Shown here: in pieces, positions 17,492 through 27,633 of the stretch
Numbering within the stretch: the stretch's first letter is position 1
How the letters are laid out: each line of letters opens with the position of its first letter
From: Planctomycetota bacterium
GTDB lineage: Bacteria > Planctomycetota > B15-G4 > JADJEK01
Reading direction: 5' to 3'
DNA: 35,295 nucleotides
Assembly: GCA_044225365.1 (NCBI GenBank)
Contig: JBGAIQ010000055.1
Location: 1-35,295, forward strand
Notes under the pieces: generated by a model
Told to the model about the DNA's origin: nothing
The model's input: only the letters and a program-made list of their open reading frames with translations
The model's database searches: none
Translations under genes and position numbers: made by a program

Positions 17492-20020
17492 ATGGAATTC
17501 GGTAGCGATTCGAATCGGTCGTTCTTCTTCGCGAGGTTGCTCTCCGCCCTCGCGATCGGCGCGGGCCTTTCGAGTACGGCGCTCTCTGGCGTCACGCCGA
17601 TCTCGCAGACCTTGCGCCTTGGTCCGCTTTCTCGCCTCACGTCGATCGCGACGCCGGATTCCAAGAAGGACAAGTCCGTCGAGCCGCAATACGAGCTCGA
17701 TGTCGAATCGCTGTGGCCCCGCGACAAGGACACGGTCCTCCTCGCGCCCGGGCTCGCGAGCGGTGGAACGGCGCCCGCGTGGACGGCCGTGCCCCTCAGC
17801 GATCCGTTCTCCGACCTGACGTGGCTCGTCGTCTACGTCGATCTCGATCGCTTCGCTTCCGCCGAGGTGAAGGTCGAGGCCGATGGCGCGTACGAACTCT
17901 TCGTCGACGGCGCGAAGGCCAAGGGGCGAGCGAACTGGCGGCGCGGCCGCCATCGCCTCGCGATCCGCACCGAAGGCACCGTGAAGTCGATCGCGATCGA
18001 CGTGACCGGCGAGGCTCGGGTCGATCCGACGCTCGATCCCAAGCACGGACTCTCGGACTATGCCGAGACGAAGCAGTTCGGATCCGTCTCGAGCCCGGTG
18101 ATCTCCGACGACGGGCGGTATCTCGCCTACGTCGTGAAGGAACCGAGCGCGAACGGGACGGGAGCTCGTCGCCTCGAGATCGTCGACACCAACGGCGGTT
18201 CGAAGGTCGCGTGTGGAGTCTTCGGTGCCGCGACGCCGATCGAGTGGACGAAGGACGGCAGCCAGCTGCTGCTGAAGAGCGGCGACGACATCGTTCTGTG
18301 GTCTCGCGATGGCAGCGGCTCGCGCACGGTGCTCGCGGGCGAGAAGACGATCTCGAAGTTCGACCTCGCGAGCAACGCTCAATTCATCGTCTACGCGGCG
18401 ACCGATGGTGTGAAGGACAAGCCGGAGAGTGGACCGAAGCGTCGCGTCGAGTTGCGCGAGAAGCTGTCCGATTGGCCGACTTCGCCGCATCTCTTCCTCG
18501 CGAGCGTGGGTGGTGCGACGAGGCGACGGCTCACGCTCCCTGGCGATTGCGTGTACGACGCCTTCTCGATCTTCCCGAACGATCGCGAATTGCTGTGGCT
18601 GCGCTCGGTGCCGGTCGCGGAGCGTCCATGGTTCGAGACCGAGTTCCATCGACTCGATCTCTACAACGGCAAGGACAAGGTCGTCGCGACCCTGCGGATG
18701 GGATTCGAGAATCGCCCGGGGCTCACCGACATCGCGATCTCGCCCGATGGCAAGCGCGTCGCGTTCCTCGCTCCTCGCTCCGAACTCGGCGCGAAGGCCG
18801 ACGTCGAGCCCAACGTCTTCGACCCCGACCTCTTCGTGCTCGATCTCGAGTCGGGAGTCGCGAAGAACATGACGGAGGCGAGCGACGTCTCACCCGAAGC
18901 GCGCTTGCGATGGTCGGCCGATGGCAACACGCTCTACTTCGAGGGAACGCAGCGCGCGGCCCAGCGCGTGTACGCGATGAAGTTCGCTGCCGATGGTGCG
19001 AAGATCGAACCCTTGGGATTCGCTCCGTTCGAAGGCGCGATCTCGGCGATCTCGATCGCACCGAACGGCGCGTTCGGCGGCGTCTTCAGCGCGCCGGATC
19101 GTCTGCCCGAGCTGCATTGCTCGAGGCCCGAGTTCGGCAAAGGAACATTGCTCGTGGCGGCGCCGAACAAGGCTCTCGAATCTCGATTCGCGTTCAGCAA
19201 GCCGCAGGCCTGGGACACGCTCCCCGTAGCCGGCGGGAGCGATTCGCCTACGCCGATCCAGGCGTGGCTCTACCGACCCGACGGGCGTTTCGTGGTCGAC
19301 GGCAAGGTGCCTCTCGTCGTGTACTACTACGGAGGGGCGACGCCGACGCTGTTCGGCTTCAACGATCTCCACCAATACCTGGTGGCGAACGGATTCGGCG
19401 TGCTCGTCGTGAATCCCCGTGGCTGCGGCGGGTATGGAGACGCCTTCTCGCTTTCGCACGTCGCGGACTGGGGCGATCGCGCGGGCGCCGACATCCTGGC
19501 CGCGCTCGCGTCGGCGCTCGAGAAGGAACCACACCTCGACACGACGAAGGTGGGCTGTTACGGCGGAAGCTATGGCGGATTCATGACGATGTGGCTCGTG
19601 TCGCACAGCGATCGCTTCGCGGCCGCGGTCTCGATGTACGGCATCGCAAACCTTGCCTCGTACTTCGGCGACGGGCAGTGGGGTTACACCTACGGCGACC
19701 AGGCCACCGCGAAACTCTATCCGTGGAGCGATTCCGACTTCTACGTGAAGCACTCCCCGCTGTTCTCCGCGCAGAACATTCACACGCCGCTCCTGCTCCT
19801 CCACGGTGACGTCGACACCAACGTTCCCCCGAATGAGTCGGAGCAGATGTTCACGGCGCTCAAGCTGCTCGGTCGCGACGTCGAACTCGTGCGCTTCCCG
19901 GGCGAGGATCACGGGCTGCGCGGCAAGGACGAGGATCGCATCGCGCATCGCGAGATGCTGCTCGACTGGTTCGACGCGAAGCTTCGCGGTCAGCCCGCCG
20001 CGTGGAAAGCGCGATGGTGA
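17492..20020 (+). CDS. S9-family (prolyl oligopeptidase/acylaminoacyl peptidase-like) serine peptidase, probably secreted
   Basis: AGGAGG RBS, signal peptide, beta-propeller repeats (ISDDG, WTKDG, ISPDG, WSADG), and the catalytic GGSYGG (Ser), HGDVDTNV (Asp) and PGEDHG (His) motifs. Confidence 0.93.
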   Translation: MEFGSDSNRSFFFARLLSALAIGAGLSSTALSGVTPISQTLRLGPLSRLTSIATPDSKKDKSVEPQYELDVESLWPRDKDTVLLAPGLASGGTAPAWTAVPLSDPFSDLTWLVVYVDLDRFASAEVKVEADGAYELFVDGAKAKGRANWRRGRHRLAIRTEGTVKSIAIDVTGEARVDPTLDPKHGLSDYAETKQFGSVSSPVISDDGRYLAYVVKEPSANGTGARRLEIVDTNGGSKVACGVFGAATPIEWTKDGSQLLLKSGDDIVLWSRDGSGSRTVLAGEKTISKFDLASNAQFIVYAATDGVKDKPESGPKRRVELREKLSDWPTSPHLFLASVGGATRRRLTLPGDCVYDAFSIFPNDRELLWLRSVPVAERPWFETEFHRLDLYNGKDKVVATLRMGFENRPGLTDIAISPDGKRVAFLAPRSELGAKADVEPNVFDPDLFVLDLESGVAKNMTEASDVSPEARLRWSADGNTLYFEGTQRAAQRVYAMKFAADGAKIEPLGFAPFEGAISAISIAPNGAFGGVFSAPDRLPELHCSRPEFGKGTLLVAAPNKALESRFAFSKPQAWDTLPVAGGSDSPTPIQAWLYRPDGRFVVDGKVPLVVYYYGGATPTLFGFNDLHQYLVANGFGVLVVNPRGCGGYGDAFSLSHVADWGDRAGADILAALASALEKEPHLDTTKVGCYGGSYGGFMTMWLVSHSDRFAAAVSMYGIANLASYFGDGQWGYTYGDQATAKLYPWSDSDFYVKHSPLFSAQNIHTPLLLLHGDVDTNVPPNESEQMFTALKLLGRDVELVRFPGEDHGLRGKDEDRIAHREMLLDWFDAKLRGQPAAWKARW

Positions 20021-21486
20021 AGGCCGACGAGCGAGACGGTGCGCAGCGCGCGGGAGCGGGGGGCGCCGACGCGTTCGTGTCCGCCGTCGCGATCGGCCTC
20101 GCGGTGCTCGCGGTCGCGACGACTCCGGTCCTCGCGAGCGAGAGCGCCGTGTCCCGCATCTTCGTCCTCCTCGGCGGCGCGCTGTGCGCGGTCGGCGGAG
20201 GATCGTTCTATCGGCGCTGCTACGGCGCGAATCCGCCGGAGGACGAGGAGAACCCGTTCGCGACGCTACTCTACGAGACCCATTCGCGATGGGTGGCGGC
20301 GCCATCGCGTCTCTTCACCTCGCTGCTCGGCGGCGTGTTCGCGTTCCTTGCGCGATTCGCCTCGGCGCGGCTCGAGCCCATTGGGGTCGGGCTCGCAGGT
20401 CTCGGCGCGTTCTCGCGCGGCTTTTCGGCGGTGGCGCTCCTCTTCGGCTCTTCCGTCGTCACCTTCCACGAGAGTTCGCTCTGGCCGTATCCGTTCCTCG
20501 CGTGTTCGATCCTCCTCGTGATCGAGAGCTCGCGAACTCTCGAGATGGTCGTTGCGGCGTACGTGCGTCGAAGGGCGAGGACGCGCGTCCGATTCGAGAT
20601 CGGCGGGCTGGGAACCCGCGTCGAGGACATGACGCCGCGAAACGAGCGCGACGTCACGGGCGGCGAGGCGCTCGCGATGCTCGGCTTCGGTCTGTTGCTC
20701 CTGTTCTTCGGCAGCGGGATCAACGGCGTCCTGATGGCGTTCATGGGGATCGCTACGTACGGAGGAATCGCGAGCGCGGTCGCCTGTCTCGGATCGCCCG
20801 TGCTCCTCGTCGTCTTCGCGGCGTCGGCGAAGATGTCGCCGCTGTTGCCGCCCTTCCTCGCGCCGATCCTCGCGTTCGCCACGTTCGCCGACGCACAACG
20901 CGTGGCGGTTCTCGGCAAGGTGAGTCCCCGCGCCGTCGCACAGTCGTTCATCGCGGCCGCGGCGGTCACCGCGATCGTGCGCGGCGTCATGAAGGGGTTG
21001 CCGCCGGCGTCGCCGTCGGGGCGAACCTGGAACGAGTGCAGCGACGCCTGGATGGGCGCTCTTACGCTCGTCGGAGTCTTCGCGATCGTCCTCGTCCTCG
21101 CGGCACTCGTCTACATCGTGCGCCGGGCCACCGCAGCGGCGAGTGCGGCCGAGCAGTCGCCGGTCGCGCCGTCCACGCTGCATCCTGGGAACGCCCTGTC
21201 GGAGGACCTGTTCGACTTGCCGACGTCGAGCGCGCGTAGCATGAGCAGTCCATCGTGGTCGTGGAGTCTCGAACTCCTCGCGTACTGCCCACTCGCGCCC
21301 TTCGCCCTCGGATTCCTTGCGCCATGGGGGATCTGTGCGGCCTACGCGGTGGGGGCGTTGATCGGCCGATTCACGCGAGGACGAACGAAGGCCGCCCAAC
21401 TGCCGCAGGGGCTCGGTGCGATCCTTTCGGGCGCGGCGGGCGCTGCACTCGCCGGGCTCATCGCTTTCGCTCTCTCCCGCGGGTGA
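20014..21486 (+). CDS. Polytopic membrane protein of unknown function (array member A)
   Basis: ATG overlaps the peptidase stop. Many hydrophobic helices in two blocks separated by a charged loop. Confidence 0.7.
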   Translation: MVKADERDGAQRAGAGGADAFVSAVAIGLAVLAVATTPVLASESAVSRIFVLLGGALCAVGGGSFYRRCYGANPPEDEENPFATLLYETHSRWVAAPSRLFTSLLGGVFAFLARFASARLEPIGVGLAGLGAFSRGFSAVALLFGSSVVTFHESSLWPYPFLACSILLVIESSRTLEMVVAAYVRRRARTRVRFEIGGLGTRVEDMTPRNERDVTGGEALAMLGFGLLLLFFGSGINGVLMAFMGIATYGGIASAVACLGSPVLLVVFAASAKMSPLLPPFLAPILAFATFADAQRVAVLGKVSPRAVAQSFIAAAAVTAIVRGVMKGLPPASPSGRTWNECSDAWMGALTLVGVFAIVLVLAALVYIVRRATAAASAAEQSPVAPSTLHPGNALSEDLFDLPTSSARSMSSPSWSWSLELLAYCPLAPFALGFLAPWGICAAYAVGALIGRFTRGRTKAAQLPQGLGAILSGAAGAALAGLIAFALSRG

Positions 21487-21553
21487 GCTGGGATCTCTCG
21501 CGCCGTCGTTACCGAACGTCGCGGCGGCGGTAGGTGGGACAGGAGTGGAGACG

Positions 21554-22999
21554 ATGACGCCGACGGCAACGACGCAATCGCGCAACGGGCACCTTCTCGG
21601 TCTCCTCGATCGGCGCAGCTATTTCGGCGGCGCCGTCCAGATCTACGGCTGCATCGCAGCGCTCTTGTTCGCGGGTCTTGCGACGACGAAGACCTCGCAG
21701 GGCGCGCCCTTCGTGCTGCTCGTCGAGCTTGCGGTCGCATGCATCGCCGCATTTCGCTACGCCGAGCGCGACCCTACGAGGCTCGCGAGTCCCGGCGCCG
21801 CGCCCGCGATCCAGACGCTCGCGCGCCTCATCGGGACGAACCGCGCGACGTTCCTGCCCGTCGTCGCAGGCGTCCTGCTCCTCGTCGTATTCAACATTGG
21901 TTTGCGATGGCTTCCGAGTGGCGTGCTCGAAGCGATCGTCGGCGACAGCGCGCGCTCGATCGGCGTCATGAGCATCGCCGCGTGGGGCCCCTTCAGCTTC
22001 CCGCTCATCGGACTTCCGCTCGTCGCGATCGCCACACGGACGAGTCGATGGACGCTCGTCCTCCTCGCCCTCGGATCCGCCGCGAGTCTGGGAGTGCTCG
22101 CCACGCTACCGATCGATTCGCACTTGTTCGCAAGGTGCTCGGCGCCGCTCCTGCTCGGAACGATCTTCGGCGCCGGAATTCGTACGCGATGGTCGACGTG
22201 GGGCGCCAAGCGAGTCGAAGAAGACCGGAGTTCCCCAACTACTCGTGACGCGGGACCGCAGACGCGGTCCGCGTGGCGCAGCGTCGCCATCGTCAGCGCC
22301 ATGGCGATCGTGGTGCTCCTCGGCGATTGCCAGTGCCATCCGATCGAGACTGGGACTCTGTCGTCGGGCGGCGTAGGGATCGCGGCGGTGCTCGCCACGA
22401 TCCTGCTCGGCGCTCCCGCGACTCCCCTCCTCGTGAATCGAATCGGCGCTCCTCTACTCCTCCTCGCAATCGACGCCATGAAGACCGAAGGCGGCGGCCT
22501 GTGGCTCTGTCTGACTCAGACGATCGCAGGCCTTGCCCTCTTCATCGAAGCGGTCGAACTCGGTCTCCTCGGGAAATTGATACCGACGCGAATCCTCACG
22601 GATCTCGTGATGCCCGGAGGATTGCTCCTCATGATCCGTGGCGGCGTGAGCAGCCAGTTCGACACGACGATCGGCGCGGCGGGCTCGTCTCTTGCGGTGG
22701 TCCTGTCGGCTCAGGGCGCCGCCTGCGCGGTCGGAGCGGTGGGCGGAGCGCTCTTCCGCGCCGATGCCCTCGTCTTCGTCACCGGATTCGTCTGCAAGCC
22801 GCTCGCCTTGCTCGCCGTCCTCGTGCCGGCCTCACTCCTGCAATTCGTGCCGCTGCGGACTCCGTCGGGATCCGATCGGCCTTGGATTTCCGGAATCCTC
22901 GCGGGGTTCGTCGCCCCCTGGCTCGTGATTCCGATCGTCGGGTCCCTCGTGTTCGTGATGAAGATCGTGATGAGCATCCTGACCGCATCGTTCTCGTAG
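21554..22999 (+). CDS. Polytopic membrane protein of unknown function (array member B)
   Basis: GGAG RBS before ATG 21554. Many TM helices, and segments shared with members A and C. Confidence 0.7.
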   Translation: MTPTATTQSRNGHLLGLLDRRSYFGGAVQIYGCIAALLFAGLATTKTSQGAPFVLLVELAVACIAAFRYAERDPTRLASPGAAPAIQTLARLIGTNRATFLPVVAGVLLLVVFNIGLRWLPSGVLEAIVGDSARSIGVMSIAAWGPFSFPLIGLPLVAIATRTSRWTLVLLALGSAASLGVLATLPIDSHLFARCSAPLLLGTIFGAGIRTRWSTWGAKRVEEDRSSPTTRDAGPQTRSAWRSVAIVSAMAIVVLLGDCQCHPIETGTLSSGGVGIAAVLATILLGAPATPLLVNRIGAPLLLLAIDAMKTEGGGLWLCLTQTIAGLALFIEAVELGLLGKLIPTRILTDLVMPGGLLLMIRGGVSSQFDTTIGAAGSSLAVVLSAQGAACAVGAVGGALFRADALVFVTGFVCKPLALLAVLVPASLLQFVPLRTPSGSDRPWISGILAGFVAPWLVIPIVGSLVFVMKIVMSILTASFS

Positions 23000-23107
23000 T
23001 GGGGGCACGGCGGTGCGCCCGGATGTTGCGAGGGTACGGTCGCATTCGGTTCGGGGCGGGGAACACAGCCGTGTGCCCCTACACATGGACTCGCAGAGAG
23101 GGTCGAC

Positions 23108-24538
23108 ATGAAGCTGCGTCTTGGAAATCGGGTCGATGCGGCAGCGGCACTCCTCATCGCTTTCGGTTTCGCCGCGGCGATGCTGCTCGCGTTTGAATCC
23201 TCTTGGAATGCCCACTTCGACGAGAGACCCGTCGAGTTCGGCATCCGTGTCCTTCGCGCCGTGATCGCGCTCGCTTTCGGAACCCTTCCGTTCGTTCTCG
23301 GCGCCTTCCTTCCGCGCGACCGACTGCCGAGTTCGCCGTTCACGCGGGTCGTCGCGAGCGCGTTCCTCCAGGTGAAGACGGCGCGCGTGCTCGTCAGCGT
23401 CTTCGTCGGGATCGGTCTCGTCACGGGCGTGATCGCGGCGTGGTTTCGATACGAGTTGCTCGCGATCCTGACGGTCCTGTGGTGCGGGGTGTTCTTCGTT
23501 TGGGGACTCGTCGGCGTCGAGACCGCGGTGTTCTCGCGCCTCCGACGCGAAGTCGCGGTGTCCATCCTCTTGGGATCGCTCTTGGGTGTGGTCGCCCTGG
23601 CCGGGGCGATCCCATTACTCCACGAGAACGAGGACCGAGCACGGCTCTTCGCGTTCGTCCTCCAGGTGGTCGTCGGGGGAATCGCGGGGCTCGGGCTATC
23701 GCGGCGGTACGACGCGGAGACCTCGAAGGCGGAGGGAGCGTCCGGCCCGCGCAAGTCGATCCTCATCGGATTCGTGGCGGTCGCTGCCGGCCTTCTCTTC
23801 GTCGACCTTCATCTCGCAGAGGGATATCGCCCGCTCGAGCGACTCGGAATCGGCGCGTACGCGCTGCTGCTCTTCCTCGCGCTCTGTCGCGGCAGCGTCC
23901 GCCTCGTCGCCTGCATCGGTGGTCTGATCGCGCTGCCCGCGTTCGCGGGGATCTTCTTCGCCTTGGATCGACTCGGGAAGGTCCAGCCGGACTTCAGGAT
24001 CGGCGCCCTCGTGATCCTCATCGTCGTGATCGGGGTTTCGCTCACCGCAGGGGAGATTGCGCAGATTCGAGATGCGTTTCGAATCTCGAGAGGTCGCACC
24101 CTGGTGAATGGACTACTCGGAGGGGTGCCGCTCCTACTCATTGCGCTGGAATCGAGGTTCGATCTCGTCCACCGGTACCTCGATTCGGCGATCGCCGTGT
24201 TCGACGGGCGATTCGACTTCGGTCACGGCTTCGCGATCCACGGTCTTCCACTCGGGCTCGCGATCGGTTTCGTCTTTCGCGAACGGGGAAGCGTCGTCGT
24301 GCTGGCGATGGCCTGTGCAGCGACGGGCCTCGCAGCCCCGGAAAACGTCGGATCGGTGATCGTCTTGATTGCAGTGTTGAATTCGCTCGCGAGTTGCCTC
24401 GCGTTCCCGAGCGACACGTCGCGGTTCGGCGAGATCCGAAACGCGCTCGGCGGGCTCGCGCTGCTGCTCACGTCGCTCCTGCCCATCGTGGTCGCAGTGG
24501 GAGGGATCGCCTATTCGCTGGTCTCGAAATTCCGCTGA
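23108..24538 (+). CDS. Polytopic membrane protein of unknown function (array member C)
   Basis: GAGAGG RBS-like sequence upstream. 476 aa with many TM helices and a central charged loop. Confidence 0.72.
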   Translation: MKLRLGNRVDAAAALLIAFGFAAAMLLAFESSWNAHFDERPVEFGIRVLRAVIALAFGTLPFVLGAFLPRDRLPSSPFTRVVASAFLQVKTARVLVSVFVGIGLVTGVIAAWFRYELLAILTVLWCGVFFVWGLVGVETAVFSRLRREVAVSILLGSLLGVVALAGAIPLLHENEDRARLFAFVLQVVVGGIAGLGLSRRYDAETSKAEGASGPRKSILIGFVAVAAGLLFVDLHLAEGYRPLERLGIGAYALLLFLALCRGSVRLVACIGGLIALPAFAGIFFALDRLGKVQPDFRIGALVILIVVIGVSLTAGEIAQIRDAFRISRGRTLVNGLLGGVPLLLIALESRFDLVHRYLDSAIAVFDGRFDFGHGFAIHGLPLGLAIGFVFRERGSVVVLAMACAATGLAAPENVGSVIVLIAVLNSLASCLAFPSDTSRFGEIRNALGGLALLLTSLLPIVVAVGGIAYSLVSKFR

Positions 24539-24541
24539 CGA

Positions 24542-25327
24542 TCAGACGAGCTCGCGAGTGAGGAAGTCGACGACGGCCTTCGCCGCGACGTCGAGCTGCG
24601 GATTCGATCCCTTGAAGGGATGGGTCGCGCCGTACACGTGGTCCGCGCCTGGGACGATCACGAGTTCCGCGCTGCCGTGCGCTCGGGCGAGCGCCTCGCC
24701 GTGCGACTTGTCGACGGAGGTATCGCGATCGCCATGGACGACGAGCAGCGGACGATCCGACATGCGATGCGCGGCCTCGACGACGTCGTGCTTCCTCGCG
24801 TCGGCAAAGAAATCGCGGCCGACCGGCATCCACTGCTTCGTGCGTGTGTTCTCGATCGGGTAATGCCCCTTCGCCGCGATCGTGGCGTCGACCTCCGGCC
24901 AATCGGGCAGCGTCTTGCTCACGGGCGCGAGCGCCGCGACGGCGCGGACGCGCGCGTCGGTCGCCGCCGCCAGGATGCCGTCCGCGCCGCCCCGACTGTG
25001 GCCGACGATGCCGATCACATCGACGTTGAACCCCTCGATGACGGCGGTCAGGTCGTCGCTGTGCCTCGACCAGGTGTCCTTCTCGAAGAGGTCGAGCCGG
25101 TCGTAGTCGCGCTCGCGTACGCCGTTGTGCGAGTAGTCGATGCGCATCGTGTTCTTGCCGGTCGCCGCGATCTTCTCGGCGAGCCAGGGCAGGAAGCCCC
25201 AATTCGCGAAGCCCTTGAACCCATGAGCAATGATGACGAGCGGCGCGTTCGCGTCGCTGCCTTCGTGGAGGAACCCGCGGACCGGCTCGCCGGAAGAACC
25301 GCGAAACGTCAACACTCGAGTCGGCAC
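24542..25327 (-). CDS. Alpha/beta hydrolase
   Basis: GTG start after GAGGA. HGFKGFANWG oxyanion region, GHSRGG nucleophile elbow, VVHGDRDTSV (Asp) and PGADHVYG (His). Confidence 0.9.
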   Translation of the reverse strand: MPTRVLTFRGSSGEPVRGFLHEGSDANAPLVIIAHGFKGFANWGFLPWLAEKIAATGKNTMRIDYSHNGVRERDYDRLDLFEKDTWSRHSDDLTAVIEGFNVDVIGIVGHSRGGADGILAAATDARVRAVAALAPVSKTLPDWPEVDATIAAKGHYPIENTRTKQWMPVGRDFFADARKHDVVEAAHRMSDRPLLVVHGDRDTSVDKSHGEALARAHGSAELVIVPGADHVYGATHPFKGSNPQLDVAAKAVVDFLTRELV

Positions 25328-25392
25328 GGTCGAAATCCTCTCACGGACGGGCTCGTCGGCGCGTAGTTTGCCGACGGAACGGCGGGAGTGAA

Positions 25393-27627
25393 ATGAACTC
25401 CGGAGCGAACATGCGCGACTTCGTGATGGTCGGTGTGGTCTTGTCGTCGGCGATCGGTCCTTGGGTCGTATCATCGGCACAAGAGCCTCTCACGGTGGAG
25501 GCGGCTCTCGGACTCGGCAAGGAGATCAAGCCCGCCTACGGCAAGCCGATCTCGTGGATCGATCCTTCGCACTACCTCGCGATCGACACGAGGCCGGACA
25601 ATCCGGCGAAGGGCTACGTCGTGATCGACGTGGAGAACGGCTCGAAGCGCATGCTGTTCGAGCCCTCCGATCTCGAGCACGCCCTCGCGAAGCTCCCCGG
25701 GATCACGGCGAAGAAGGCCCTGGATTGGAGTCTGCGGACCGATTTCGTGATCAGCGCGGACGGATCGAGCCTCGCGTTCGAAGCGGATTCGGATCTCTTC
25801 GCTTGGCGGATCGGCGAACCTCTCGCGACGCGGGTCACGAACGACGTGGCCGCCGAAGAAGTGTTCTTCTTCACGAAGGACGGCAAAGGCCTCGCATTCG
25901 TGAAGGAGAACGACCTGTACGCGATCGCGCTCTACGGAACCGGCGGCAGCACGCCTCGCGCGCTCACGACCGAGGGCGACGAACACACGCGCTGTGGCAA
26001 GCTCGACTGGCTGTACCAGGAAGAGGTCTACGGCCGCGGGAATTGGAAGGGCTACTTCTGGTCGGACGACGGCAGCAAGATCGCATGCCTCGTCCTCGAT
26101 GAACGGGACATGCTGCCGTACACGATCGTCGACGATCGCAAACGGCGGCCGGACGTGGAAGTCGAGCCGTACAGCAAACCCGGTGATCCCAATCCGCGGG
26201 CGCATCTCGACATCATCGACGTTGCCTCCGGCAAGCGCGTGCGCACCGATCTCTCGCGCTACGCCGATCAGGAGACGCTGCTCGTCCGCGTGCATTGGCA
26301 ACCGAATTCGTCGCGCGTGCTGCTGCAGGTGCAGGATCGATTGCAGAAGTGGCTCGACCTCGTCGCCGTGGATCCGGCAAGCGGCGCCACGCATCGGCTG
26401 TTCCGCGAGGAGGCGAAGGACTTCACCGATCCCACGGATGCGCCGTTCTTCACGCTCGACGGCAAATGGATGCTCTGGCTGTCCGAGCGCGATGGATACA
26501 AGCAGCTCTATCGCCTGGGCCAGGATGGCGTCGTTGCGGGCCGGCTCACCAACGGTCCGTTCGAGGTCGACTCGATCGTTCGCATCACGTACGACGACAT
26601 CTTCTTCACCTGCGATGTCGACGACGTGAAGGGAGAGCAGCTCTACCGGGTGCATCTCGACGAGCGCGGCGATTCCACGCCGACGCGGATCACGCAGCGC
26701 GCCGGCACGCACGTGTGCGACGTCTCGCCCGACGGCCGCTTCGTCGTGGACGAATGGAGCAGCCTCACCGATCCCGGCGACGTGAGCATCCTGACGGTCG
26801 AAGGCAAACCCGTACGCTTGATCGCGAAGGCGAATCGCGAACCGATCCGCAAGTACGGGATTGGCAACCCTGAGTTCGTGAAGTTCAAGGCGCGCGACGG
26901 CAAGACCGATCTCGAGGCGTACTGGATCAAGCCGAAGGACTTCGACGCCACGAAGAAGTATCCGGTCTTCCAGTTCACGTATTCCGGTCCTCATGCGCCG
27001 CAGGCGCTCGATCGGTATCTCAACCGCGACATCCACTGGTATCACTACCTCGCGCAGCAGGGATACCTGGTCTTCGTCTGCGACAACCGCTCGGCGAGCG
27101 GCCGCGGGCATCAGTCGTTGCTCGGCGTCTACCGCAATCTCGGAACGCAGGAATTGAAGGACCTGGAGGACAGCGCCGACTGGCTTGCGGCGCAGGGATT
27201 CGCGGATCCGCAGCGCTTCGCCCTGTTCGGGTGGAGCTACGGCGGGTACATGACGGCGTTCGCGATGACGCACAGCAAGAAGTGGAAGATCGGGATCGTC
27301 GGCGCGCCCGTGACGGACTGGTCGCTCTACGACTCGATCTACACCGAGCGCTACATGGGCTTCCCGGCGGAGAATCCCGAGGGCTACGCGGCGTCCTCGG
27401 CGCTTCGCGCGGCGAAGGACCTTTCCGGCGAAGTCCTGCTGATCCACGGGACGATCGACGACAACGTGCACATGCAGAACACCCTGCAATTCGCCGAAGC
27501 GCTCCAGCGTGCGAACAAGCCCTTCTCGATGATGCTCTACCCCGGCAATCGCCACACTTTCACGGACGCCGAGCAGAAGGTCCATCTCTACTCGACGATC
27601 ACGCGCTTCTTGAAGGAGAAGCTCTGA
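25393..27627 (+). CDS. S9B dipeptidyl-peptidase IV-like protein
   Basis: Signal peptide, DWLYQEEV (the DPP-IV Glu-Glu motif), YSKPGDPNP, YSGP, GWSYGG, DWSLYDSIYTERYMG, IHGTIDDNVH and YPGNRH. Alternative start 25411. Confidence 0.95.
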   Translation: MNSGANMRDFVMVGVVLSSAIGPWVVSSAQEPLTVEAALGLGKEIKPAYGKPISWIDPSHYLAIDTRPDNPAKGYVVIDVENGSKRMLFEPSDLEHALAKLPGITAKKALDWSLRTDFVISADGSSLAFEADSDLFAWRIGEPLATRVTNDVAAEEVFFFTKDGKGLAFVKENDLYAIALYGTGGSTPRALTTEGDEHTRCGKLDWLYQEEVYGRGNWKGYFWSDDGSKIACLVLDERDMLPYTIVDDRKRRPDVEVEPYSKPGDPNPRAHLDIIDVASGKRVRTDLSRYADQETLLVRVHWQPNSSRVLLQVQDRLQKWLDLVAVDPASGATHRLFREEAKDFTDPTDAPFFTLDGKWMLWLSERDGYKQLYRLGQDGVVAGRLTNGPFEVDSIVRITYDDIFFTCDVDDVKGEQLYRVHLDERGDSTPTRITQRAGTHVCDVSPDGRFVVDEWSSLTDPGDVSILTVEGKPVRLIAKANREPIRKYGIGNPEFVKFKARDGKTDLEAYWIKPKDFDATKKYPVFQFTYSGPHAPQALDRYLNRDIHWYHYLAQQGYLVFVCDNRSASGRGHQSLLGVYRNLGTQELKDLEDSADWLAAQGFADPQRFALFGWSYGGYMTAFAMTHSKKWKIGIVGAPVTDWSLYDSIYTERYMGFPAENPEGYAASSALRAAKDLSGEVLLIHGTIDDNVHMQNTLQFAEALQRANKPFSMMLYPGNRHTFTDAEQKVHLYSTITRFLKEKL

Positions 27628-27633
27628 CCATTC

